64,000 nucleotides of DNA from an uncultured Gammaproteobacteria bacterium (GCA_964535715.1 CAZHUO010000003.1:256-64255); one strand, 5' to 3'; counted from the stretch's first letter, positions 18,520 to 29,028 are shown. Notes: generated by a model not told the origin, from the letters alone. A program made the numbers and translations.

Positions 18520-19884
18520 ATGAATAATTTTTTAAATATATTCAGTCAACAAAATCGAAACGGTTTCAGTTTTGATGTTTTGGGTAAAAAATATTTTGTC
18601 ACTTATCCGCCAAAAGTATTTTCAGCTTTAAGTTATGAATCTAGACAGGTTCTGCTTGAAAATTTTGTTTATTGCCGCACCAAGCCGCTTTGTTTAATAA
18701 CAAAAAAGAATTTATTCTACCAAAATCAAAAACCGATATTAAAAAATTTTGTCGATTATGGTATACTTAAAGACTTACCCAGGGTGGCATTTTTTGAAAA
18801 ATCGCCGTTAAAGAAATTTTCCGATTCGTTTAAAACAAAAAAAAATTCAGAATATTTTGTAAAAAAAGAGAAAAAAATTCAGAATATGGATTGCTGGGAA
18901 TCTGATGACAAAAGGGCGATTTTGGCATTATCTTTTGGCAAAGACAGCTTGCTTTCGTACGGCATTGCCAAAGAACTCGGACTTAAATTGGATTTGGTTT
19001 ATGTAGCGGATAAGAATTCTTTGTCGGATCGGGAAGAAGTTTTTAAAAAGCGGATTATAAAAGACTTTGTAAAAAATGAAAAGGTAAAGATAAATTATCT
19101 GTTTGACAGCGCCGACAGCATTTTTTTGGAAAATATTTTTGAAAAAAAAATTGAGGAATTTGAAAATACCAACGGAATGCTGGCATTCTCCCTGGAACTA
19201 ATTCCTTTTTCCAAATATTTCAAAGCAAAATATCTGATTTTCGGCAATGAGGCGAATTTTTCCGATTATTTTGAAAAGGATGGCAAAAAAGCCTATCCGT
19301 CATTTGATCAAAGTGTTTTTTATTCCGAAAAAGAAAATCAGTATCTTGATAAGATGACAAAAGGAAGCGTTTCGGCCGTAAGTTTAGTTGAACCGATATA
19401 CAATATTGTTGAAATGTCCATATTGGTTAACCGCTACCAAAATCTTTTGTCTTATATGATGTCTTGCTCGCCTAAAAAAAATGATCCGGAAAAATGGTGT
19501 TACCATTGTCCAATGTGTGCAAAAGCTTTTTTATATCTTGTTGCTGTTGGAGGAAAACCTTGCCAAATCGGCTTTAATAAAGATTTTTTTCAAATTAAAT
19601 TTAAAAATTTATATCCGCTATTTAATGTTGGAGTTAACCGGGCTTATGAAAAGCCTTTAGCCGTCAGAGACGAACAACTTTTAGCTTTTCTTCTTACTTA
19701 TCGGCGCGGCATTAAAGGAGAGTTAATTAACTTATTCGCTAAAAAGTATTTAAAAGAAGCTGAAAAACGGGAAGTAGGCTTGAGAAAAAAGTTTTTAAGT
19801 ATAAATAAAATTGTAACAATTCCGGCTGAGATAAAAAACAACGTAATTAATATTTACAAGAAAGAAATAAAAAAAATAATATGA
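18520..19884 (+). CDS. PP-loop ATPase, MurL (peptide epimerase)/QueC-like
   Basis: ALSFGKDSLLS PP-loop, FGNE, SC, WCYHCPMCAK metal-binding motif similar to MurL. Confidence 0.55.
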   Translation: MNNFLNIFSQQNRNGFSFDVLGKKYFVTYPPKVFSALSYESRQVLLENFVYCRTKPLCLITKKNLFYQNQKPILKNFVDYGILKDLPRVAFFEKSPLKKFSDSFKTKKNSEYFVKKEKKIQNMDCWESDDKRAILALSFGKDSLLSYGIAKELGLKLDLVYVADKNSLSDREEVFKKRIIKDFVKNEKVKINYLFDSADSIFLENIFEKKIEEFENTNGMLAFSLELIPFSKYFKAKYLIFGNEANFSDYFEKDGKKAYPSFDQSVFYSEKENQYLDKMTKGSVSAVSLVEPIYNIVEMSILVNRYQNLLSYMMSCSPKKNDPEKWCYHCPMCAKAFLYLVAVGGKPCQIGFNKDFFQIKFKNLYPLFNVGVNRAYEKPLAVRDEQLLAFLLTYRRGIKGELINLFAKKYLKEAEKREVGLRKKFLSINKIVTIPAEIKNNVINIYKKEIKKII

Positions 19885-22304
19885 AAGTAGAAAACAGGCT
19901 TGAAGGAGGGGTAATTTTATTGGTTAACACCGGTTCAATCAAAAAACGTTTTATTTTGCAGAAGCTTAAAAAAATGGGATTGATTTTGGTTTGTTTGAAT
20001 AAAGAAAAAAATTGGGCCCAGTCTTATATTGATTATTGGATTTTAGCCGATAATGCAAATCATAGTGAATCAATTGCCGCGGTTAAGGAATTTATTTTAA
20101 ATAACCCGAATATAAAAATTGGCGGAGCGTTGACTTTTTGGGAAGATGATGTGCTTTTAACATCTAAAATAATAGATAAGCTGAATTTTATCGGCACACC
20201 TTATAATGTCGCCAAAAAAATAAGAAATAAATTTTTATTCAGGGATTTTTGTGAAAAAAACGGTTTGCCCGCTCCAAAGCATTCTTTGATTAAATCGGCA
20301 AACGACATTGAGAATTTATCCGATAAATTAAGTTTTCCTTTGGTTATTAAGCCGGTCTTTGGCGCAAGTAGCGCGTATGTCATAAAAGTTGATAACAAAG
20401 AAGAATTGGCAAATACTTACAGTTACATTAAAAAGAATATATCAACAAACATAGAAAGTTCCTTAAGCGATGGTTTGGAAATATTCATTGAAGAATATAT
20501 AGTGGGCGACGAGGTTGATATCGATATAATACTGCAAAACGGAAAAATTAAATTTTATTCAATATCTGACAATTATCAGACGAAGGAGCCGTTCTTTGTT
20601 GAAACCGGACAATCAATTCCCTCGGGCCTTTCCGACAAAGTTAAAAGTGATCTTGTTGATGTTGCTGAAGAAATTTTGGAAAAACTCGGTGTTCAAAATG
20701 GGGTTATTCATTTTGAGTCGAAATCAACTCCGACCGGACCGGTGCCGATTGAGATTAATTTAAGAATGGGCGGCGATGAAGTTCATTCTTTCGTCAAAGG
20801 CGCTTGGGGCGTTGATTTGATTGAAAATGCCGCTAAAATTGCTTTGGGAATATATATACCAAAAATTCAAAAACCAAGTACGCCCAAAAAATATATTACC
20901 GGAGTTTATTTTTTGCCGGAATATTCGGGCATTGTGTCAAAGCTTAATTTTAATAATGAGTTAACCAAAAAAAGTTATTTAGAAGAAGTTCATTTTTTTA
21001 AAAAAATTGGCGATCCGGTTTTAGTTCCGCCAGAAGGTTATGAATATTTGGGCTGGATTACGGTATCCGGTTTTAGCATGCTTGATGCCCAAGACAATCT
21101 TAAGGAGGCGTTAAAACATATTGACTTCAAAATTGCAAAGTTTGCTCCGGAATCATCAATCGGAAAGACCTCAAGAAAAAATAGTTTTTCTCATGCCTCA
21201 TTAAATACGAATTTGTTGATTCATGCGGCTAAAATTGAAAAATTAAGAAAAATCACTCCAAAAGAGCAAAGAAGCTTGCATATTGGCATTGCCTGTAATA
21301 TTTTTGACGACGGTGACGTCGCGATTGAAAATGAATTAATGACCATAGGAAAAAATATTGAAGAAACCCTAAAGGAGCGAGGCTATAAAATTACATTTTT
21401 TAATTTTAACGATATTAATAATGTTTTTCAGCAATTGAAATCAAGTGATGTTGATTTGGTTTTTAATGTTTGTGAAAGAATAAATAATTCAAGTTTGTTA
21501 GAGCCTCATGCCGCATCGCTTCTTGATATTTTGCAAATTCCTTATACCGGATCAAATCCTTCGACGCTAAGCCTGTGTATTGATAAATTAAGAGTAAAAA
21601 AACTTTTAACTCATCACAAAATTCCCACTCCTCGCTGGGATTACGCTTACGCGATGGATGAAGATATTGATGAGAGCCTCCAATATCCTTTGATTGTTAA
21701 GCCGGCAAATACCGATAATTCCATCGGCGTAACAAATGAATCGGTTGTGACAAATAAGGAAGATTTGCAGAAGCAGTTAAAAAAAGTAATTGTTGAAATC
21801 GGAAGTCCGGCTTTAATTGAAGAATATATTGAAGGCGATGAATATGACGTTTCAATTGTCGGAAGCGAGGATGACGACTTAAGAGTATTGCCTCTTTCTC
21901 GTTCAATTTTTTCCAATATGTCGCAAGGCAGCTGGCATATTTATACCCACGAAATGAAATTCTCAGATAAAACAATCGATCAATTCGGGGTGTTGGTTCA
22001 GCGGCCGCCGAAAAATATCAGCAAGCGCTTAAGTTCGCTTCTGACTGAAATTGCCCTTGATACTTACAATATTTTAGACTGTCACGACTATGGACGAGTT
22101 GAAATTAGGGTTGATAAGTATGACAATCCGTATGTTTTAGAATTAAATCCGAATCCATCCATTAATGTCGGAGACTGCCTGCCGGAAGTCGCCAAGCTGA
22201 CCGGAATGGATTATGGTGATTTTTTGGAAGACATTATCAATATGGCAATAAGGCGATACCGCAATCGTCCGCCTTATTACCATCTACAAACTACGCCTAT
22301 TTAA
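19881..22304 (+). CDS. Tandem ATP-grasp ligase: L-amino-acid-ligase-like domain fused to a D-Ala-D-Ala-ligase-like domain
   Basis: Domain 1: RNKFLFR, PLVIKPVFGASS, EEYIVGDE, IEINLRMGG. Domain 2: DLVFNVCE, IPYTGS, DK, PLIVKP..SIGV, DYGRVEIR, LELNPNP. Confidence 0.85.
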   Translation: MKVENRLEGGVILLVNTGSIKKRFILQKLKKMGLILVCLNKEKNWAQSYIDYWILADNANHSESIAAVKEFILNNPNIKIGGALTFWEDDVLLTSKIIDKLNFIGTPYNVAKKIRNKFLFRDFCEKNGLPAPKHSLIKSANDIENLSDKLSFPLVIKPVFGASSAYVIKVDNKEELANTYSYIKKNISTNIESSLSDGLEIFIEEYIVGDEVDIDIILQNGKIKFYSISDNYQTKEPFFVETGQSIPSGLSDKVKSDLVDVAEEILEKLGVQNGVIHFESKSTPTGPVPIEINLRMGGDEVHSFVKGAWGVDLIENAAKIALGIYIPKIQKPSTPKKYITGVYFLPEYSGIVSKLNFNNELTKKSYLEEVHFFKKIGDPVLVPPEGYEYLGWITVSGFSMLDAQDNLKEALKHIDFKIAKFAPESSIGKTSRKNSFSHASLNTNLLIHAAKIEKLRKITPKEQRSLHIGIACNIFDDGDVAIENELMTIGKNIEETLKERGYKITFFNFNDINNVFQQLKSSDVDLVFNVCERINNSSLLEPHAASLLDILQIPYTGSNPSTLSLCIDKLRVKKLLTHHKIPTPRWDYAYAMDEDIDESLQYPLIVKPANTDNSIGVTNESVVTNKEDLQKQLKKVIVEIGSPALIEEYIEGDEYDVSIVGSEDDDLRVLPLSRSIFSNMSQGSWHIYTHEMKFSDKTIDQFGVLVQRPPKNISKRLSSLLTEIALDTYNILDCHDYGRVEIRVDKYDNPYVLELNPNPSINVGDCLPEVAKLTGMDYGDFLEDIINMAIRRYRNRPPYYHLQTTPI

Positions 22305-22308
22305 ATTT

Positions 22309-23649
22309 ATGGCTGAAAATAAAAAAATGGCAAAAATCGGCTTGATGACCGGTGCAGTCGATAGCCTGATTTTTGCTTCGAAATGGACCAAAAATGAAAA
22401 TCAAGTTGTTTTTTTTGTGCCTGAAAGAACCAATGAGGAAAAATGGGCAAAAAGTTTTTTGCCGGCGGAAAACGTGGCGACTTATAATAAAGACAAGAAA
22501 CTTTCAATGGCAATTTTGGATTTTGAAGGCATCATTAAAAATTCCGATATTACCAAACGATTAAGAAATTTAGGCGTTAAATACTTCATACTCCATCACA
22601 GCGTAAGCGGTTTTCTAAATGACTGGCAGAAAAAATCAAAAATTAAACTGATTGCCTCCGATTTCAAATGGCATAAGCTTGAGGACAAGATTTTTTTTGA
22701 CCGATTTTTAAATAAGCATAATTTGCCCAAGCCGCAAAGCGAAATTTATTTTTGGGGCAAAAAAAATATTAAAATTAAAGGCAAGCTGGTTTTACAGGAT
22801 CCTCTTTCTGAGGGCGGGGAGGGCACTTATTTTATCGACCAGGCTTTAGATATTGAAAATTTTTTTGAAAAAACAAAATTAAGCAGGCAAAAAAAATATT
22901 TACTCAGAAAATATGCCGATGGAAGTTCTTTTGGAGTCACTATTTTTGTTTCATCGGGCCCGATTGCCGTTTCGGCCATAAGAAGCCAGTGCTATGAAAA
23001 AACCAATAAATCAAATCGGCGCCGTTTTTTGGGGGTTCAGTGGATTTCGGCTAAATCAATCAGTCAAAAAATCAAAGCCGATCTTAATAAGGTTTTCTTT
23101 TCTTTGGGCGAGTCATTGAAAAAATCGGGATTTTTCGGTTATGCCAGCATCGATTTTATTATCGGAGAAGACAACAAAATATATATTATTGAATGCAATC
23201 CCAGATTTTCCGCTTCTACTGCCCAGCTTTTGCAATTTCCTCAGACAATCGGCGGCTTGAATACGGCCAATTTATACTTTGATTATTTTTTTGGTAAGAG
23301 AAAAATATTTTCCAAAGGCAAATATTCCGGCTTGCAGAATTCTAAATTTAAGGGATCGATTTTACATATTGAAACTCCTGACTATAAAAAAAATTATCCG
23401 ATAATCAGGCAATATAAAAATGGCATCTATCAGCTTAACAAGGGTAAAATTTCATTTTTAACGCCGGATATTACCAAACTTGACGGTAAAGGCGATAAAT
23501 TCATTTATTATTCTGATGCCGAGAAAGGGGAAAAGATTGAAAATAGTACCGTTATTGGGCTTGTCATATCAAATTTTCCGTTATACAGTAATAGTGGGGA
23601 AATAAATAATAACGGAATTTGTATTTTAAAAAAATTTAAATTAATTTGA
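22309..23649 (+). CDS. ATP-grasp domain protein
   Basis: LEDKIFF, SEGGEGT, GYASIDFI, IIECNPRFSAST. Confidence 0.75.
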   Translation: MAENKKMAKIGLMTGAVDSLIFASKWTKNENQVVFFVPERTNEEKWAKSFLPAENVATYNKDKKLSMAILDFEGIIKNSDITKRLRNLGVKYFILHHSVSGFLNDWQKKSKIKLIASDFKWHKLEDKIFFDRFLNKHNLPKPQSEIYFWGKKNIKIKGKLVLQDPLSEGGEGTYFIDQALDIENFFEKTKLSRQKKYLLRKYADGSSFGVTIFVSSGPIAVSAIRSQCYEKTNKSNRRRFLGVQWISAKSISQKIKADLNKVFFSLGESLKKSGFFGYASIDFIIGEDNKIYIIECNPRFSASTAQLLQFPQTIGGLNTANLYFDYFFGKRKIFSKGKYSGLQNSKFKGSILHIETPDYKKNYPIIRQYKNGIYQLNKGKISFLTPDITKLDGKGDKFIYYSDAEKGEKIENSTVIGLVISNFPLYSNSGEINNNGICILKKFKLI

Positions 23650-23680
23650 ATCTTATTTTGAATAAGTATTGATAAAATTT

Positions 23681-25003
23681 ATGAAAAATATAAATTCATC
23701 AGCTGACAAAAAATTGATCCTGAAGCTATTGGCTGAAAAGTCAAGCGATAAAAAAGGCAATTTAACCGAAGTTGTCAATGAAACTTTGCAAAAGCGTAAA
23801 GCGATTTTGGCAATGGCCAAAAAGCATCCGACGCCTTTTTATTTGTTTGACCAAAATGCGCTTGATAAAAGAATCCGAGAATTTTCTGAAACTTTTAACC
23901 GTTATATTCCCAGTTTGGATATTTTTTATGCCATGAAATCAAACAGCCACCATTATTTGGTTAAAACGATGGTTAAACATGGATTAGGAATTGATGTTTC
24001 ATCTGGCCGGGAATTATCGCTTGCGCTAGAAAATAAGGCAAAAAAAATTATTTTCAGCGGCCCGGGCAAAACCGAGGCGGAATTGAATTTGGCCATAGAT
24101 AATAGCCAGAAAGTGACAATAAACATGGATAGTTTCGGCGAGCTGAAAAGGCTGGGAAATTTATTAAAAAGAAGGAATAAAAAAATAAAAGCCGGAATAA
24201 GGATTTATACGAAATATCATGGCAGCTGGAATAAGTTTGGAATCAATATTGAATCTTTGGCGGATTATTTCAGAGAAGCGAAAAAATACAAAAATATTGA
24301 TCTTTGCGGAATCCAATGCCATATGAGCTGGAGTAAAGACGAAAGCTCATATAAAAAGATGCTTTTGGAAATTGCCAATTTTTTAAAAAAAGATTTTACG
24401 GCCAAAGAGCGGGAAGCCGTTAAATTCATTGATTTCGGCGGCGGCTATGAAAATAACATGCTGGACGGCTATTATCCCTGGCTTATCCCAAAAAATGAAA
24501 TTCTGAAAATTGCCGGCGATTATTTTGACAAAAAAATAAATTTTTCGGATAAATATTATTTAACCGAATCGGCCAGCTTGGAAAAATACGCCAAAGCAAT
24601 CGGCTCAACGATAAAAAATGAATTGAAAGTTTTGGTTGATTGTGATTATTATTGTGAACCCGGTCGGATACTTTCCGCCAAATCAATGATTTTAGTTTTT
24701 AGAATTGTTGATGTCAAATCAAAAGATTTGGTTATTTTGGACGGCGGCATAAATATGGTTGGTTCTGACGACTTTGACTATTTTTATATTCCGGCTGTTA
24801 ATTTATCAAATTCGTCAAAAAAAGAAATAAAATGCCGTCTTTTTGGTCCGCTTTGCACTCCTTATGACTTTTGGACCCATTATTGCTATGCAAAAAAAAT
24901 GGAAGAAGGGGATATTGTTGTTTTTCCTAATCAGGGAGCTTATTCTTATTCATTGGCCCAAAATTTCATCAAGCCGATACCGGATGTTCATATTCTAAAG
25001 TAA
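23681..25003 (+). CDS. PLP-dependent group IV (DAP/Orn/Arg-type) decarboxylase
   Basis: FYAMKSN (PLP Lys), DVSSGRE, SGPGK, KFG, IDFGGG, EPGR, DGG, GPLCT, GAYS. Confidence 0.85.
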   Translation: MKNINSSADKKLILKLLAEKSSDKKGNLTEVVNETLQKRKAILAMAKKHPTPFYLFDQNALDKRIREFSETFNRYIPSLDIFYAMKSNSHHYLVKTMVKHGLGIDVSSGRELSLALENKAKKIIFSGPGKTEAELNLAIDNSQKVTINMDSFGELKRLGNLLKRRNKKIKAGIRIYTKYHGSWNKFGINIESLADYFREAKKYKNIDLCGIQCHMSWSKDESSYKKMLLEIANFLKKDFTAKEREAVKFIDFGGGYENNMLDGYYPWLIPKNEILKIAGDYFDKKINFSDKYYLTESASLEKYAKAIGSTIKNELKVLVDCDYYCEPGRILSAKSMILVFRIVDVKSKDLVILDGGINMVGSDDFDYFYIPAVNLSNSSKKEIKCRLFGPLCTPYDFWTHYCYAKKMEEGDIVVFPNQGAYSYSLAQNFIKPIPDVHILK

Positions 25004-25183
25004 GATTTTTTTGGTTAAACATAAAATATAAAATAAATGTTAAACTTAAATGTTTTATGTTGTATGTTTAACGCTATGTGATAAAAATATTGCCGCAGAC
25101 AGGACAATTCCCTGTTTTTTATTATTTCAATTTTGGAGTATAATAATCATATATTGGATTTTTAGCCGATAATTTTTAAAAAA

Positions 25184-26947
25184 ATGAAAGAAAATACTAA
25201 AAAGACTCTCAAGATTTATTGGCAAAAATCACTGAATTATAAATTTTCAGTGATTGTTGTTTTTATCTCCGTTTTTTGCGCTTCTTTAATAGGTGTAATT
25301 ATCCCGATATTTTATAAAAACTTTTTTGATATCTTGGCGTCAGGTTTAGAAAAAAATTCATTAATCAGCCAGCTTATTTCAATTATATTGATTATTTTAG
25401 GCCTTGATTTTTTAGGCTGGTGTTTTTGGCGCTTTGCCACTTTTTATTCCAATTATTTTCAGTCAAAGGTAATGACCGATTTGTCTAATTATTGTTTTGC
25501 ATATCTACACCGCCATTCCTTTTCTTTTTTTAATAATAATTTCGTCGGTTCACTGGTTAAAAAAGTCAAATGGTTTAGCCGGGCATTTGAGACGATTGGC
25601 GATAAGATTATTTGGAATTTGTTTCCCTTATTTGTAAATATTGCAATAATCATCTTAGTCCTTCTTAGCAGAAACTGGCTTCTAAGCCTTGTTGTTTTAG
25701 TTTGGATAATTTTATTCTTGCTGGTTAATTTGATTTTTACTAATTATAAATTAAAGTATGATATCTTGCGAAGCGAGGCGGAAACAAAAACAACCGGCTT
25801 TTTGGCAGATTCGATTACAAACAATAGTGTTATTAAGCTTTTTGTGGGGTTTAGCCGCGAAGTAAAAGGCTTTGGCAAGGTAAATGAAGATTTAAGAAAG
25901 TTAAGAAAATTAACTTGGGATTTGGATGGTTTTTTTGAAGCCTTGCAGGGTTTTTTGATGGTTATTTTGGAGTTTGGAATTTTTTATTTGGCGGTTTTTC
26001 TTTGGCTACGCAATATTTTAACCGTTGGCGACTTTGTTTTGATTCAGGCATATTTGATAAATATTTTTCATCGAGTTTGGGAGTTTGGGCGGGTTTTACG
26101 CCAAACTTATGAAGCTCTTTCTGATGCCGAAGAAATGACCGTTATTTTAAATACTCCCCATGAAATAAAAGACATTTTAGGCGCCAAGGATTTGAAAATT
26201 AAAAAAGGCAGAATTGAATTTAAAAATGTTGATTTTTATTATTATCAGACCAGGAAGGTTCTCAGTGATTTTAATTTAATCATAGAACCCGGACAGCGTC
26301 TGGCGTTAATCGGTCCCTCCGGGGCGGGAAAAACAACAATTGTGCGCTTGCTTTTAAGGCTTTATAATCTTTCAGGCGGGCAGATTTTTATTGATAATCA
26401 GGATGTTTCAAAAGTAACCCAGGAAAGCCTTTGGAAGAATATTAGCCTTGTTCCTCAGGATCCGATTCTGTTTCATCGGCCGCTTTCGGAAAATATCGTG
26501 TATGGCAGGCCTGATGCGTCAGAAACAGAAATAGTTGTATCAGCCAAGGCGGCGCATTGCCATGAATTTATAACCAAATTTCCCGACGGCTACAATACCC
26601 ACGTCGGCGAGCGCGGAGTTAAGCTTTCCGGCGGAGAAAGGCAGCGGGTGGCAATTGCCCGAGCGATTCTGCGAAATTCGCCGATTTTAATATTGGACGA
26701 GGCGACATCGAGCCTTGATTCCGAATCAGAGCTTTTAATTCAGGACGCTTTAGACAAGCTGATGGACGGAAAAACCGTAATTGCAATCGCTCACCGCCTT
26801 TCAACAATCAGAAAAATGGATAGAATAATTGTGGTTGATCAAGGCGGTATTATTGAGGAAGGCAGTCATGAAGAATTGCTAAAAAATAAAAGAGGTTTGT
26901 ACAAAAGACTCTGGCAGCTGCAGGCTGGAGGGTTTATTCAGGATTAA
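25184..26947 (+). CDS. ABC exporter, fused permease/ATP-binding (MsbA-like)
   Basis: Six-TM N-terminus, GPSGAGKT, LSGGERQR, ILDEATSSLD, IAHRLST. Confidence 0.93.
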   Translation: MKENTKKTLKIYWQKSLNYKFSVIVVFISVFCASLIGVIIPIFYKNFFDILASGLEKNSLISQLISIILIILGLDFLGWCFWRFATFYSNYFQSKVMTDLSNYCFAYLHRHSFSFFNNNFVGSLVKKVKWFSRAFETIGDKIIWNLFPLFVNIAIIILVLLSRNWLLSLVVLVWIILFLLVNLIFTNYKLKYDILRSEAETKTTGFLADSITNNSVIKLFVGFSREVKGFGKVNEDLRKLRKLTWDLDGFFEALQGFLMVILEFGIFYLAVFLWLRNILTVGDFVLIQAYLINIFHRVWEFGRVLRQTYEALSDAEEMTVILNTPHEIKDILGAKDLKIKKGRIEFKNVDFYYYQTRKVLSDFNLIIEPGQRLALIGPSGAGKTTIVRLLLRLYNLSGGQIFIDNQDVSKVTQESLWKNISLVPQDPILFHRPLSENIVYGRPDASETEIVVSAKAAHCHEFITKFPDGYNTHVGERGVKLSGGERQRVAIARAILRNSPILILDEATSSLDSESELLIQDALDKLMDGKTVIAIAHRLSTIRKMDRIIVVDQGGIIEEGSHEELLKNKRGLYKRLWQLQAGGFIQD

Positions 26948-27010
26948 TTGAGCCAATTTTCAATAGATGCTATAATAATACTGGAAAGAAAATATTTAAC
27001 CCAAGCAATT

Positions 27011-27826
27011 ATGCCAGTAGAAATATCGAGCCGGTCTGTCGGTTTAGAAAATGATGCTGTTTCAAATGATCAAAATATTTTAGACCAAAATCAAAACAAT
27101 GAGACAGGATCAACCGATTTAAATAAGGGAAAAATATCAGGAAATATTGCAAATGAATCAAAGCCGGAAGTTTTTGAGCTTAAAGATAAGATAGAATCGG
27201 CTATAACTGTTGATGAGCTTATTGATATTATAAAAAATGAACCAACTGTTTATTGTGACCAAATAATTCATCAAGGCAGAGAATTGGGGAAAAAAATTTC
27301 TGATGCGGCAGAATTTTTACGGAAAAATTTTGATCAAATAATACTCGACACAATTATTCAGAAAGAAGGCGATGTTTTAGCCGAATTCTCCAAGATGTTT
27401 TTATTAATCCCTTTGGAAAATAATTTAGGAATTAGAAAAAAGGCTCAGGAGCTATTAAGGCGGGAAATAAATTCTTATTTTGAAGAAAAAAAAGCTGATT
27501 TTGCCTTAGCCTCGGTTTCTGCTGCCGGAAGTTTAAGACAGCTTTGCGATATATTGCAAAATTTCAAAACCATTAGGCAAAAAGAAAAAGTTTATGATAA
27601 GGAAAAAGTAATTCAGCAAATAGTTGATGCGGAAAAATTTCTCCTTGAAGCCGTTGAAATTGGGGCGCTGGCTGAATTAAGCATTGAGCAGATTGATGCA
27701 TATATCAATAATCTTATTGTAAATTTGCCTTTTGATTGCGGAATACACGATAAGGCTTTCGGGCTGCTATGGCAGTTGGTCAAAGAAAAGCGACTAAGCA
27801 GGACAAAAAATAAAGAAGGCAAGTAA
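27011..27826 (+). CDS. Hypothetical protein with two internal helical repeats
   Basis: Long ORF; repeated A.(T/S)...L.DI......I.DA..FL......GI..KA..LL unit. Confidence 0.6.
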   Translation: MPVEISSRSVGLENDAVSNDQNILDQNQNNETGSTDLNKGKISGNIANESKPEVFELKDKIESAITVDELIDIIKNEPTVYCDQIIHQGRELGKKISDAAEFLRKNFDQIILDTIIQKEGDVLAEFSKMFLLIPLENNLGIRKKAQELLRREINSYFEEKKADFALASVSAAGSLRQLCDILQNFKTIRQKEKVYDKEKVIQQIVDAEKFLLEAVEIGALAELSIEQIDAYINNLIVNLPFDCGIHDKAFGLLWQLVKEKRLSRTKNKEGK

Positions 27827-27887
27827 ATATACGAATTATATTGCAGTATGATTTTTTTAAAGGCATTTTATTTATAATACAAAATAT

Positions 27888-28655
27888 ATGAAAAAAACAA
27901 AACAAAAAATTAAAAGATGGGAATATATTAATCTCATTTTTGCCTTGTCTATTGAAGTAATATTGCTTTTTTTGATTTTAGTGATTCTTTTGGTGTCACT
28001 TTTGGGAGTCTTTTTGCCTATTTTGCCGGCATTTTTGCTTTTAGGAGTTGCTGCGGCAATATATTCTTTAATGATAAAAAGCGGTTATAATAGAATTAGT
28101 GGCAGATTTCACCCATATATTATTAGGTTTAGCGAAAAGATTCTTGATATAAAAATTGTGAAAATTTTTGTCGATTATTACAAAGTTTATAGTAAAAAAA
28201 ATAAGGCAAGAAAACAGGTTCAGGAAAATATTTTAAAATTCGGCTTGATTCTTTTGATTTTGAACATGTCTTTGGCCTTAATTTTTTGTTTTGGTTTTAT
28301 CTTTATTTCGACTTTAGCAGTTTTAATTAGTATCAGCGGACTATGGCTGATTTTTTTGCCGCCGTTATTTATCATCACTTTTTCCGCCTTAAGCGCCGTA
28401 CTTTGGTATCGTTTCGGACAAATTCTAGGAAGCATATTCAAGCAAAATAAAGTAATAAATTCGTTGCTTGCGGTATTAGTTTCTTTTTTGCCATTGATAC
28501 TTGTATTTATTATTTCAGCCCTTGTGATCGGTTTTTTAGGAATTGCAATAAATGATTTTTTTGCCATTTTGTTTTTGGGATTTTTATTGATGTCGGTTTT
28601 AGCTAGCAGTTTTGAGCTTCTTATTGTAAGTCTTGGAGCAATTACCGCTATATAA
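27888..28655 (+). CDS. Hypothetical multi-pass membrane protein
   Basis: 255-aa ORF with about 6 hydrophobic segments. Confidence 0.65.
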   Translation: MKKTKQKIKRWEYINLIFALSIEVILLFLILVILLVSLLGVFLPILPAFLLLGVAAAIYSLMIKSGYNRISGRFHPYIIRFSEKILDIKIVKIFVDYYKVYSKKNKARKQVQENILKFGLILLILNMSLALIFCFGFIFISTLAVLISISGLWLIFLPPLFIITFSALSAVLWYRFGQILGSIFKQNKVINSLLAVLVSFLPLILVFIISALVIGFLGIAINDFFAILFLGFLLMSVLASSFELLIVSLGAITAI

Positions 28656-28659
28656 TAAT

Positions 28660-29028
28660 ATGCTGATTTTGGAAGGCAGGGTAAAAACCGGCAGAAAAAT
28701 TGGGACAAATCTGGGTTTTTCGACAATAAACATATCAGTTCCCCACACCGTGAAAAAAAAGCAGTGGGGAATTTATTTTTCATTTGTCAAGATTGGCGAT
28801 AAATTTTATCCCGGAATAACGCATCTTGGACCGCCAAAAACTTTTAGCTTATCCAATGCAACATGTGAAACACACATATTGAATTTCAAAGGCAATTTGT
28901 ATAATAAGAAAGTAATTAAAAGGCTGATTTTTAAATTTAGAGACGTAGAAAAATTTCCCAATATTGTTAAATTAAAAAAACAGATAAAAAAAGACATCAA
29001 GTTAGCAAGGAAGTTTTTTGGAATATAA
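28660..29028 (+). CDS. Stand-alone riboflavin kinase domain (RibF C-terminal-like)
   Basis: GRVKTGRKIGTNLGFSTIN, GIY, ETHILNF.GNLY, RDVEKF..L.KQI.KDI. Confidence 0.75.
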   Translation: MLILEGRVKTGRKIGTNLGFSTINISVPHTVKKKQWGIYFSFVKIGDKFYPGITHLGPPKTFSLSNATCETHILNFKGNLYNKKVIKRLIFKFRDVEKFPNIVKLKKQIKKDIKLARKFFGI

